A stretch of DNA of 64,000 nt from Octopus sinensis (Eukaryota): assembly GCF_006345805.1 (NCBI RefSeq), contig NC_042997.1:201314001-201378000 (forward strand), in the 5' to 3' direction. Every line of letters begins with the position of its first letter. Positions within the stretch are counted from its first letter, which is position 1. Below the pieces are notes generated by a model. That model worked only from the letters and a program-made list of their open reading frames with translations. It was not told the DNA's origin and did not search any database. A program made the position numbers and the translations under genes. This document shows, piece by piece, positions 51,807 to 64,000 of the stretch.

Positions 51807-52563
51807 TTGGGTTGTCCGGAAAGTTCGTGCCGATTTATAGTAGCTTACATTTCGACTTATTTTAGAACATGGTTCAGTCCATAAAGTAGGATTTGACTAT
51901 ATCTCCATTTAGAGCACAGTTTAAGCTATCTTTTCGTGGAAGAATGTTTATGTTCCTGTGTTAATTCTGTAAGCCCTTAAAATGGAAGATTTTCGGCACT
52001 TGATGCTTTGGGAACCAGACAAAAATTGCTGCAGCTCGGCTGGGATGTGTTACCACACCTTCCATATTCACCAGATATTGCTCCTTTGGATTTCCACTTA
52101 TTCAGGTCTCTGCAGAATAGTCTTAATGGTAAAAATTTCAATTCCTTGGATGACATAAAAAGATACCTTGATGAATTCTTTGCCATGAAACCACCTCAAT
52201 TCTGGGAAGAGGATATTTTCAAGTTAAAGGAAAGATGGAGACACATATATATATATGTATATGCATGAAGATTGGGAGTATGTCGACCGGAGTAAGTATT
52301 GAAACTAGATACCTCGTATGTAATCAATACCGACGTACTTTCATGAAACACGTGTAGTCTTATAAACGGAAAATACAGGATTCAGAATAGATATAGTTAG
52401 TATAAGATTTAATATTTAACATTTTATGGAGTGCTCGGGTATAAAATCTTTCAGTGTTGATTCAGTGTTGGTTCATATTTGGTTGATTAAAAATGTAATG
52501 GCAAGTATTTATTGACCTTTTTCTTTCGTTTAAAAATCGGCATGAACTTTCCGAACAACCCAA
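51807..52563 (+). mobile_element. Internally deleted mariner element with TIRs, interrupted by an HHR repeat
   Basis: TA-ttgggttgtccggaaagttcgtgccgattt ... aaatcggcatgaactttccgaacaacccaa-TA; LGWDVLPHLPYSPDIAPLDFHLFRSLQNSL. Confidence 0.92.
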
Positions 52564-52574
52564 TATTTTTTTTG

Positions 52575-53040
52575 CTGGTACTGTCTGATAGATGCTACAT
52601 GACATTTGAAGGTTGTCTGCACTGATCTCAAGCCTCTATCTTCTTCATCTCTTCTTAGATACAGCCTGTCAATATCACTCTTTCTGTGGAGATTTGATGT
52701 TAGAATTTTGCGGGTTTTAATGTCTATGGAGTGGATTTCATCTACAGACCTGTCAAGTATCCCAAATATTGCAATCAGCATTCGCACCGCAAATTCATTG
52801 TGGAATATTGTCTTATTGTAAGAGGAGAGATGCGACTGTCATATTTTTCTAAGTCTGGTGTAATATTCTCGGGTGACTCTATCTTTATTCTCAGCAACAT
52901 CGTATGAGATATTTTCATAAATGCTTAGATAGATGATTGTAGCATTCTTTGTGTGGAACTTGAGAATGGTAATGCACTGCTTTTGGGCCTGAGGGAATGA
53001 TTTTTCCATGTTCAACAATCAAATATGAGCATTTCCTTTG
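52575..53040 (-). mobile_element. R4/Dong-type reverse transcriptase C-terminal relic
   Basis: IDIKTRKILT..LHRKSDIDRLYLRRDEEDRGL resembles the HPKSDxxRLYLPRxxGGRGL thumb motif. Confidence 0.8.
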
Positions 53041-53418
53041 AAAATGTTAACTGTTTTTCTCTTTTTATTTCTGTTTTCATTAACATTTTTAGTATAAATC
53101 TGCAGGCGATCCACTGCAGGCTATCCACAAAGAAATAACGGGTTACATTAATATCTGGAGTAGGAACGGCTCCTACCGTACACTAATTTGAATTTTGTTA
53201 CAAGAATGATCGTGGATATAATGCCAAAATGAACAGATTTACAGAAAGACTATTTCCTTGGAATATTTTTCTTTGAAATATTTATAACATTCGAGGCGAT
53301 CTTCGCGTGCTCTCTTGTAAATGGTAGAATTGTTGCCCAGGTCTTTGAGAGCCTCTCAATGGTAGCAACTATGGTAACAGGTACTTTTGCAAAAAAGAAA
53401 AAAAAATCTAGACACCTT

Positions 53419-53804
53419 GTGGAAGCACTCCGTCGGTTACGACGACGAGGGTTCCGGTTGATCCGATCAACGGAACAGCCTGCTCGTGAAATTAACGTCT
53501 AAGTGGCTGAGCACTCCACAGACACGTGCACTCTTAACGTAGTTCTCGGGGATATTCAGCGTGACACAGAAAGTGACAAGGCCGGCCCCTTGAAATACAG
53601 GTACAACAGAAAGAGGAAGTAAGAGTGAGGGAAAGTTGTGGTGAAAGAGTACAGCAGGGATAACCACCATCCCCTGCCGGAGCCTCGTGGAGCTTTTAGG
53701 TGTTTTCGTTCAATAAACACTCGCAACGCCCGGTCTGAGAATCGAAACCGCGATCCTATGACTGCGAGTCCGCTGCCCTAACCACTGGGCCATTGCGCCT
53801 CCAC
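53419..53804 (-). mobile_element. Young full-length tRNA-derived SINE with 12-bp TSD
   Basis: TSD tctagacacctt at 53407-53418 and 53805-53816; CpGs retained. Confidence 0.92.
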
Positions 53805-54989
53805 TCTAGACACCTTAGCAGCCAGGAGAAAGGAATACAGTCGAGGGAGAGATATCTGCATCCATGCACACACACATACAGGGAGAGACAGTCAGACAGA
53901 TTGATAAATAGATAGTCATGTAGATATATATGTTGCTAGACAGATTGATATCTATCTATTTATGCGTAAAAACATGTATGCGTGTATATATGTGTAAATG
54001 TATGCACTCATGTATGTATGTATGATGTACGTGGGTATTCTTTCTAAATCTTAACTATCATTGTAGTTCAAAACTAGTAAAGAAATAAAGAACATTTATT
54101 TATACGAACTCAAATGTTAGAATAACGTTTAAATATCGATATTAATAAACAATTCGAAGTTATTCACTGCGACAACGTTATAATTACATTTTCTCACCGA
54201 AATGGGAGAAATATCTGTATCATATTTGTATTATTTTTACATGAAAGTTTATTCCAATAGAATATTTTATATAATCCACTTATATTTTGGTAGGAGAAAA
54301 AATAAACGAAACAGATTTGGTTACTTGTCCATTATATGAGAATAATTTAGCAATTTTCTCTCAGTTTCATTACAAAATATCGTCGTAACAGTGTCACGGT
54401 GGGTTATTCCTTCAGATTCTTCAAAATGTGACTTCTCGATGTTTGTAATGATATTTCAACATCTAAGATTTAATAATAAATGTTTGCTGTTTTAGTAGTT
54501 TTAAACTTTCATGGCGTAACATATAATGGTAAGATAAAGAGGTTGTTTTAGATTAATTTATTTAAAGGCATTTTTTAAAGGTCCAAATAGACATATACAT
54601 ATAGTGAAGTCAATAAATAAAATTGAAAAGAAAAAGACAACACAAGGAGGGACGAGTTTTAACAATTACTGTATTAGTTTGACGCTTAAGATGAAAATGA
54701 AAGAGTATAATGTTTCAGATTTTTGTCCTTCTTTGGAAGAAAAGTATAGAAGGAGTGTGAAAGAGAAAAAAATCTAGAGAGAAAAGGAAAGCAAATAGAG
54801 AAATAAGAAAAAGAAAGGTGAAGGAGGAGATTGGGTTATGGGAGATTACGTGCTGTATGAGGGGAAGTGAATAAAGATAACAGATATGTGTAAGTATTTA
54901 AAATGTATTTTAAAGGCATTTAGCCAAAACAGATTAACACAGAAGGGACAAGTTCTAACAATCAATAGCTTTAAATGGATGGAAAATAG

Positions 54990-55025
54990 TCTTAACGTTT
55001 CGGATGTTAGTCTTTCATCAGAAGA
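54990..55025 (-). ncRNA. Minimal hammerhead-like motif
   Basis: UCUU-CUGAUGA-aagacuaacaucc-GAAA-C-GUU^AAGA; stem II imperfect. Confidence 0.5.
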
Positions 55026-55978
55026 AAAGTATATGGAGAAAACGCAGACATGGCTCTATGATTAAGAAATTTGCTTCCCAATCCCATGATTTGGGGGTGT
55101 TGTCTCAATATGGGAAACTTTAGAAAAGTGTTTTCTGCTATAGCTTTGACCAAAGCTTTGTGGGTGGAGTTGGTAAGTGGAAACTGAAAGAAGCCCGTCA
55201 TACGTGAACGTGTATGTATGTGTGTGCATGTGTATATATTTATGAGTTTGTTTAGATTTGTGCTTCTCCGAAACTACTGACCTACAAGTAGTGACATTGT
55301 TGCCATTTCCCCTGTCAACAAAACCGCTACTGGCTTCGTATCATCAACGTAAAAGATATTTGAAAAATAAGTGTTAGTGACAGGAAACGTCACCCAGTTG
55401 TAAAACAATACCTCACTAATGTATTCATCTAATCTATAATAGCCTGAAGGAACAGGTGTAAAAACAAACAAATTATTTGTAACTGCCAACATCTTGAATC
55501 ATTTATTGCCACACTAATGCTCAGACTATAGATGCACCAACAGTTATGGAAAACAAATTAATCTAAAAAAGATACAAGCAACCAAGCAAGAAAACTCATG
55601 TAAATATTATTGAGAAGGCTAGTGTGCTTTTGTTTTGGTATTTTTTGCTTTTGATTTTATTTCTTTCTTTTTTTATTATTTTTTCTAACGCATTGCAATA
55701 TTCTAGTTCTTCTATTTTGGGAATGAATAAAGTTGCATTGAAAATGAAGTTCATTCCAAGTTTTACTATTTCTGTAACGAGTAATGTTTATATGGAATGG
55801 TTTCTAGGATTACAAACATTTCTCAAGTAGCGAGTAGTGAAGCAGGTGTAAATATGTGTCTATAAGTGTGTATGTATAAATATATATATAAATACATATA
55901 TATATATATATATAATATATATAATATATATATATATATATACACATATATATACATATATATGTATAAATATATATG

Positions 55979-56025
<47 letters not shown>

Positions 56026-56055
56026 TATATATATATATACAAATATATATATGTA

Positions 56056-56130
<75 letters not shown>

Positions 56131-56719
56131 GATGATGATGATGATATATGTATGTATGTGTGATTGTATTTACACACTCTCTCACACACACATACATGTA
56201 TGTATGTATCTATAATGAAATGGGGTTTTTTTTAATGCAGACCAACACAAAGACAATAGAGCCATTATCACTTGAGTCTTGAGGAACGAAGCAAGAGAAA
56301 GAAACACAGAAATTATATGCAGAATAAAACCCAAATTAGATCGACGAGATGCAAAAAAGAAAGAAAAATTACCTAAAGTGTTGATTTCCATATAGCTGTT
56401 ACTTAGATTCAAAGGTGAAGCAGTAAGTTATAGCAAAACTATAAGAGTTGGGCAGTTTGAAAGTGAAAGTAGAGATGTTTAATTGAATCATAGTGAAAAT
56501 GCCTTTTGTTCCATTACTGGTTACATAATAACATTGAAGAGAGACAAGGTTCTATTTGGTGTTAATAGGTTCCTTTGATTGCCAATCTATTTGCAAATAA
56601 CTTTCCCTCGTTGTACATGTTCTCCGATCCGGGTTTACAAGTTGATGTAATTCGACATGGAAAGCTCCATAGAGGCCACATCTATGAACTGTTCTTTTTT
56701 CTCTCTTTACATTTTGTTT

Positions 56720-56726
56720 TATTATG

Positions 56727-56767
<41 letters not shown>

Positions 56768-57022
56768 CTATTATTATTATTATTATTGTTATTATTATTA
56801 TTATTATTATTATTTGTCCTCATCTTGTTTCGGCTGATACACCTTCCAGCCTTCATCAGGTGTCTTGGGAAAATTTCGAACCTGGGTTCTCATTCCTAAG
56901 GTATTTTTCGATGCTCTTATTATTATTATTATCATTATTATTATTATTATTATCATTATTATTATTATTATTATTATCATTATTATTATTATTATTATCA
57001 TTATTATTATTATTATTATTAT
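56720..57022. repeat. (ATT)n tracts enclosing a minus-strand HHR-tail copy (56811-56920)
   Basis: GACAC-CTGATGA-AGGCTG..CAGCC-GAAAC, followed by the same internal deletion seen in the 19.5 and 19.9 kb copies. Confidence 0.82.
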
Positions 57023-57199
57023 GTTTACTATAAGCACAGGTATGGGTCTATGATTGAGAAATTGTTCTGAAGTTCTCAGCTCAGTCCCACAAAGCGCCAT
57101 TTTGTGTGAACGTCTGTGCCTATAGTCCCAAGTTTGACCAAAGCCTTGTGAATAAACTTGGTAGAAGGAAACTGTATAGAAGCCTGTTGTATATGCATA

Positions 57200-57951
57200 C
57201 AGGGTGTGGAAGGAAAATCTCTCATATTTTATGTGGCTATTGGTGTGGTGCTAGGGAAATTAGACAGGGGGTTAAGGTATCTTCATTTAGCTAATGTTTT
57301 CTGCTTTTTATTTACAATTATAATTTCCTGTTGATATATTCAACACCAAAGGTGGTGAGCTGGCAGAAACGTTAGTACACTGAACGAAATGCTTAACAGT
57401 ATTTTGTCTGCCGTTATGTTCTGAGTTCAAATTCCGCCGAAGTCAACTTTGCTTTTCATCCATTCGGGGTCGATTAAATAAGTACCAGTCACTCACAAGG
57501 ATCAATATAATCGACTTAATCCGTTTGTCTGTCCTTGTTTGTCCTTTCTGTGTATAGCCCCACGTGGGCAGTAAAGAAATAGGTATTTCGTCTGCCGTTA
57601 TGTTCCGAGTTCAAATTCCACCGAGGTCGACTTTGCCTTTCATCCTTTCGGGGTCGATAAATTAAGTACTAATTATGCACTGGGATCGATGTAATCGACT
57701 AAAGAAATAAGAAACATTATCATGCCGGGCAAAATGCTTAGCATTATTATCTCTGTCTTTACGTTCTGAGTTCAAATTCTGCCAAGGTCGACTTTGCTTT
57801 TCATCCTTTCAGGGTCAGTAAACTAAGTACCAGTTGTGCAGAGGGGTCGATCTAATCGACTGGCCACCCTCCCCCCAAAATTTCAAGCCTTGTGCCAAGA
57901 GAAGAAAAGGTTATATTCAACACCGATCTGAGATTTTCTTGCCTCACCCTG
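57200..57951. mobile_element. Tc1/mariner MITE containing a nested multimeric Meta-type SINE
   Basis: TA-cagggtgtggaaggaaaatctc ... gagattttcttgcctcaccctg-TA; SINE TSD tatattcaacacc at 57335 and 57912. Confidence 0.8.
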
Positions 57952-58525
57952 TATAAATATATCCATTCATACATACATTTGTACATACATATGTTTGTAT
58001 GTATGTATGTGTGTATGTATGTGTGCGCGTGTGTGTATGTCTGCGTGTATGTGTGTGTGTGTTTTACCCCCTTGACAGTTAGTGCTTGTTTTCTTAAGTC
58101 CTCATAACTTAGCAGTTGTGTATGTATGAATATATATCAATGTTTATATAACAGGTGCAGGAGTGGCTGTGTGGTAAGTAGCTTGCTTACCAACCACATG
58201 GTTCCGGGTTCATTCCCACTGTGTGGAACCTTGGGCAAGTGTCTTCTACTATAGCCTCGAGATGACCAAAGCCTTGTGAGGGGATTCGGTAGATGGAAAC
58301 TGGAAGAAGCCTGTCGTATATGTGTGTGTGTGTATCTTTGTGTCTGTGTTTGTCCCCCCACCATTGTATTCTTTATGCAAAACTGATTGGTATGATCAGC
58401 CATGATGGATATTTGATACTGTTCTTTATGCATAATACATGTATATATATGTGTGTGTGTGTGTATATATATGCATATATATGTATTATATATATATACA
58501 GAGAGAGAGAAAGAGAGATAAATAC

Positions 58526-58556
<31 letters not shown>

Positions 58557-58694
58557 ACAAGAAGCTTTATGAAAATAAACAAAAGACGAAGGCAGGTGGA
58601 ATACTAACAAACAATTGTATTAGTATGGCGACACATACATACATATGTATTTATCTTCCTCTCTCTCTATATATATATATAAACTGAACAATGA

Positions 58695-59750
58695 CATACA
58701 TACATACATGCATACATACATACACACATACATAAATACATGCATGCAGACATACATACATACATACATACATACATGCATGCATGCATGCATACATACA
58801 TACACATACACATACATACATACACACATATACATACATATATACACACACATACATACACACACGCACATACATACATACATACACACATATACATACA
58901 TACATACATGCATACATACACACATACATACATACATACATGCATACATACATGCATACATACATACATACATACATACATGCATGCATACATACATACA
59001 CACACATACATACATACACACACACACATACAGACATACATACACACACACATACACACACACATACATACATACCTACATACATACACACACACATACA
59101 TACATACATATATACATACATACATACATACACATACATACATACATACATACATACATACATACATACACATACATACACACATACATATATACATACA
59201 TACATACATACATACATACATACATACATACATTCATACATTCATACATACATACATACATACATACATACATACATACATGCATGCATACATACATACA
59301 TACATACATACATACATACATACATACATACATACATACATACATTCATACATTCATACATACATACATGCATGCATACATACATACATACATACATACA
59401 TACATACATACATACATACATACATACATACATACATACATACATACATACATACATACACACATATACATACATACATACATATATATACATACATACA
59501 TACATACACACATACATACATACATACATACATACATACATACATACATACACACATACATACATACATACATACATACATACATTCATACATTCATACA
59601 TACATACATACATACATACATACATACATACATACATACATACATTCATACATACATACATACATACATACATACATACATACATACATACATACATACA
59701 TACATACATACATACATACATACATACATACATGCATACATACATACATA
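58695..59750. repeat. About 1 kb compound (TACA)n microsatellite
   Basis: Direct reading; source of the YIHT/MYVC ORFs. Confidence 0.97.
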
Positions 59751-60310
59751 TTTACCTCCATACATGTGACTCAATCTTTGTTCACGTTTATCAAAACATC
59801 AATTTATAACCCTTTCTATCAAAATTTTATTACAACAAACAGAAATCCAGTAAGTAATGACCAATAAAAGAAAAACTGGACGTGAATATGATTACCTAAA
59901 AACCCCTTCAATACAGTTCCCCTTGGCATGGCTGCAGTCTACCAACTGAAACCAGGAACATGTGTAAAAGACCATATGATTCTTTATATTTTCTTTTCTA
60001 GCTCACTTCCCTGTGTATCTTCACTAAATTGAGACAGGGTAATTTATATTTTTTGCAGCAGAGTATTAAATGTACTGACCTAACTTCATTTTACAGTCAT
60101 TTATTCTGGACAGAAGTCTGTAGGATATGGGCCAAAAGATTTGAGGACAGGACAAACAAATTTTCCTTTCTTTCACTCTGTTGTATATTTTTATATATAT
60201 TTGTTGTTTTCTTCTCATTCTTCTCTCCCCACCTCTCTCCTTCTCCTTCTCTTTGTCTCTCTTTCACAATATATGTGTGTGAGGAGTATATAGCATATAT
60301 ACACACACAC

Positions 60311-60341
<31 letters not shown>

Positions 60342-60548
60342 GCATTCTTATATTCCAGTATGTATGTATGTATGTGTATAGTATATATATAATACATACA
60401 CACACACATATATGAACATATATGTTTATCATCATCATCATCATCATATACATATTAATATATTTATATATATATATACATAGATATGTATATATATTCA
60501 TATATACTTATGATATGCACATATATATATATATACACACACACACAT

Positions 60549-60592
<44 letters not shown>

Positions 60593-61486
60593 ATACATAT
60601 GATATGTATGTATGTATATACATATGATATATATATATATATTCACACACACAGAGACACACACATACATATATTTATATATATATATATATATAAATGA
60701 ATATACATATAAGAAGAGACATCTCACCGTTTTCCCCCACCCTGGTCCCACCACTCCATTCAGCTCCACACACTCGCATTATTTCCTTTCAACATTTCTG
60801 AAAGGCCAGCAGCCGAAACATATACATCATCTCAGAGTATGTATGCATGCATGTATGTATGTATCTACGTATATATGCACGTATATATATATGTGTGTGT
60901 GTTCTATAAATACAGTTTGCTGCCAAACACAGCCATTATAACTTATAACAGTAGGAGATATTCCACCTTTCACAGACTCTTCATCACATTTATGCGCCAG
61001 GTTCACACAACCAGTGAACTATGACTGACATGCTATCCATTATCTTGAATGGAAACGGAAGCTTGTTCCATCCTTGCCGATTCCACTATTTTCCTTCGTT
61101 ATGTTACACTCGAAATAAAAGGTAAACTAACGTTGCAACCAATTTCAGGATTTCTTCTCCTTTCTTTCTTCTTGCTTGTTTTTTTTTTTTGTATTTGTTC
61201 TTTTTGTTGTTGTTGTTGTTGTTTTAGAGAAGGCGTGGCTAACAGGATTGCTTTTGAATTTGATTTTGTAGTTTTGTTTTTTTGGGGGGTTTTTTTCTTG
61301 ATTTTTGTAACATACAAAATACTTCTAATTTCTTCTTTTGTGCCTGTGTACATATATATGGATATAAATATGTATATATGTGTGTATATATATGCGTGTG
61401 TGTGTGTATGCGTATGCATGTGTGTACATATGTATATGCATATTTGTATGTAGGTATGTGTGTGTGAGTATGTGTGTGTGTGCGTG

Positions 61487-61543
<57 letters not shown>

Positions 61544-63613
61544 ATACATACACATATCCATAGGAGTGGCTGTGTGGTAAGTAGCTTGCTTATGAACTAC
61601 ACGGTTCCGGGTTCAGTCCCACCGTGTGGCACATTGGGCATGTGTCTTCTACTATAGCCGCGGGCCAACCAATGCCTCATGAGTGGACATATAAGAAGCC
61701 CGTCATATATATGTATATATATATTTATATAGGTATGTGTGTTTATATGTTTGTGTGTCTGCGTTTGTCGCCCCAACATTGCTTGACAACCGATGCTTGT
61801 GTGTTTATGTCCCTGTAACTTAGCAGTTCGGCAAAAGAGATCGATAGAATAAGTACTAGGATTACAAAGAATAAGTCCTGGGGTCGATGTGCTCAACTAA
61901 AGTCGGTGCTCCAGCATGGCCATACTCAAATGACTGAAACAAGTAAAAGAGAGATACACACACACACACACATACAGATAATCGTTTAATGTCTGCCTTC
62001 CATACTGACATGGGAGGGACATATATATACATTCATATATATGCATGTATATATATCTATATTTATTAGAAGAAATGCGGTACTCAGAAGATCGGATGGT
62101 TTATATTTACAGATATTTATTTGTATATTACATTTTTTATATATATATCATATCACTTAGATCATTAGCGCTTTCTCCCATTCTAGTGGGGTTTTCAACT
62201 CAAATATCTATATTTATATACATACATATACATACACATACACACACACATATATATATATATATGTCTGTATGTTTATGTACATGTGTGTGTGCAGATA
62301 TGTATGTATTCATGTATGTATATATGTATGCATGGATGGGTGGATAGATCGATGGATGTGTGTGTATCTCTATGTGTATGGATGAATGTATGTATGTGTG
62401 TTCCTTTTCATGTGTGATAGTGAAAGAGAGAAAGAAGATATGTGTGTCATACAGAGAACAGGACGTATTTCAGGGGGTAAGTGCACTCATACATTGATGC
62501 ATGCATTTTGCACATGCATGAGCTGTAGATAGTAAAATAAATAACCTGTGCAAAGCTTTGCCAAGATGGATTTAATTAATTAGAGATGTACTAAACAGCA
62601 TGGAATGAACTATAGGAGTGTATAATAAGATTTAACATGTATGTGTGTGTGTGCATGTGTGTTAGTGTAAGGTAAGGAGAGAGAAACAGAGAGATCATCA
62701 TCATCATCATCGTCGTCGTCTGTGTCTATTGCCGGCATGGGTTGGAGGGTTTGGCAGTAGCTGGCAAGCTGGAGGGCTGAACCCGGCTCCAGTCACCTGC
62801 TTTGGCACGGTTCCTGTGACTAGATGCCCTTACTAATGCAAGCCACTTTACAGAGTGTATTGGGTGCCTTTTATGTGACACCACCACCACCAGTGCTTTT
62901 TACGTGCCACCAACACCCAACAGGGTCACCAAATACTTTGCAAAACAAAAACAAAAAAAAGAACATGCTGACCAAAGCCTTGTAAGTGGATTTAGTAGAC
63001 GGAAACTGAAAGAATCTCGCATATATATACACACACACACACACATATATATATATATGTATGTATTTATGTATGTATGTATGTGTGTTTTTATGTCTGT
63101 GTTTGTCCCCACCAGCATCGTTTGACAACTGATGTTGCTGTGTTTACAACCATGTAACTTAGCAGTTCAGCAAAAGAGGCAAAGAATAAGTCCTGGGGTC
63201 ATTTTGTTTGGCTAAAGGTGGTACTCCAACATGGCCACTGTCAAATGACCAAAACAGGTACACAAAAGCTGTTGGCTGAGTTGTTAGATTGTTGGATAAA
63301 ATGTTTCACAATATCTGTTCTGACTCCCTGCAGCCTGAGTTCAAATACCACTAGGTCAGCTTTGTCATTCATTCTTCTGGGATCAATAAAAACATACTAA
63401 TCCAAGGTGATGGATTAACAGAACATTTAGATGTCTCTTGTTATCTGACTCTAGCTTTCTGTCAAAAACACCTTTGATTACTGTGTAGACAAGCATTGCC
63501 ATCACACATATATATATATAGAGATAGATATACGTATGTATGTATGTATGTATGTATGTATGTATGTATGTATGAATGTATGTATGTATGTATATGTTTG
63601 TGTATCTTTGTCA

Positions 63614-63706
63614 CCCCCACACACACTCCCACCCCCACACACACTCCCACCCCCACACACACTCTCACCCCCACACACACTCCCACCCCCACACACACTC
63701 CCACCA
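63614..63706. repeat. 18-bp minisatellite (cccccacacacactccca) x ~5 inside a SINE
   Basis: Direct reading of the sequence. Confidence 0.9.
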
Positions 63707-64000
63707 TCACTTGACAACCGATGTTGGTGTGTTCACATCCCTGTAACTTAGCAGTTTAGCAAAAGAGAGCGATAGAAGAAGTACTAGGCTTACAAAGAAT
63801 AAGTCCTGGGATTGATCCGTTCTACTAAAAGGTGGTGCTCCAGCATGGACGCAGTCAAATGACTGAAACAAGTAAAAGAATAAAAGAATAAAGGAATACA
63901 TGTCTATGCATAAACACAGATGAGTGTATGAGTAAGTAAATAAGGAATCAGGAGGAGAGAATTTACACACACACAGCCACACACAACACACATACACAGA

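Noticed and set aside
58620-59867. Long ORFs of 340-375 aa (YIHT/MYVC repeats)
   Set aside because: Translations of a stop-free (TACA)n microsatellite.

Overview
AT-rich, microsatellite-dense eukaryotic non-coding DNA. The SINE repertoire points to an octopus (coleoid cephalopod); this is inferred from recalled repeat families, not from a database search. I recognise no host protein-coding gene; almost all listed ORFs are microsatellite or SINE artefacts. Mobile DNA dominates: (1) a very young non-coding LTR retroelement with a perfect tRNA-Trp primer site; (2) three tRNA-derived SINE groups and a (GAT)n-tailed family; (3) R4/Dong LINE relics; (4) DD37D/maT, mariner, TTAA-MITE and Helitron elements; (5) two Penelope-like (PLE) GIY-YIG relics. 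The most striking hidden layer is about 17 minimal type I hammerhead-ribozyme (HHR) motifs, intact to degenerate, from about 8 sequence families. Several sit in tandem or divergent inverted arrays at (TA)n tracts. One family joins a Pol III tRNA-like head to an HHR tail, a candidate ribozyme-bearing SINE that may be mobilised by PLEs. All structures were folded by eye, and coordinates of degraded repeats are approximate.
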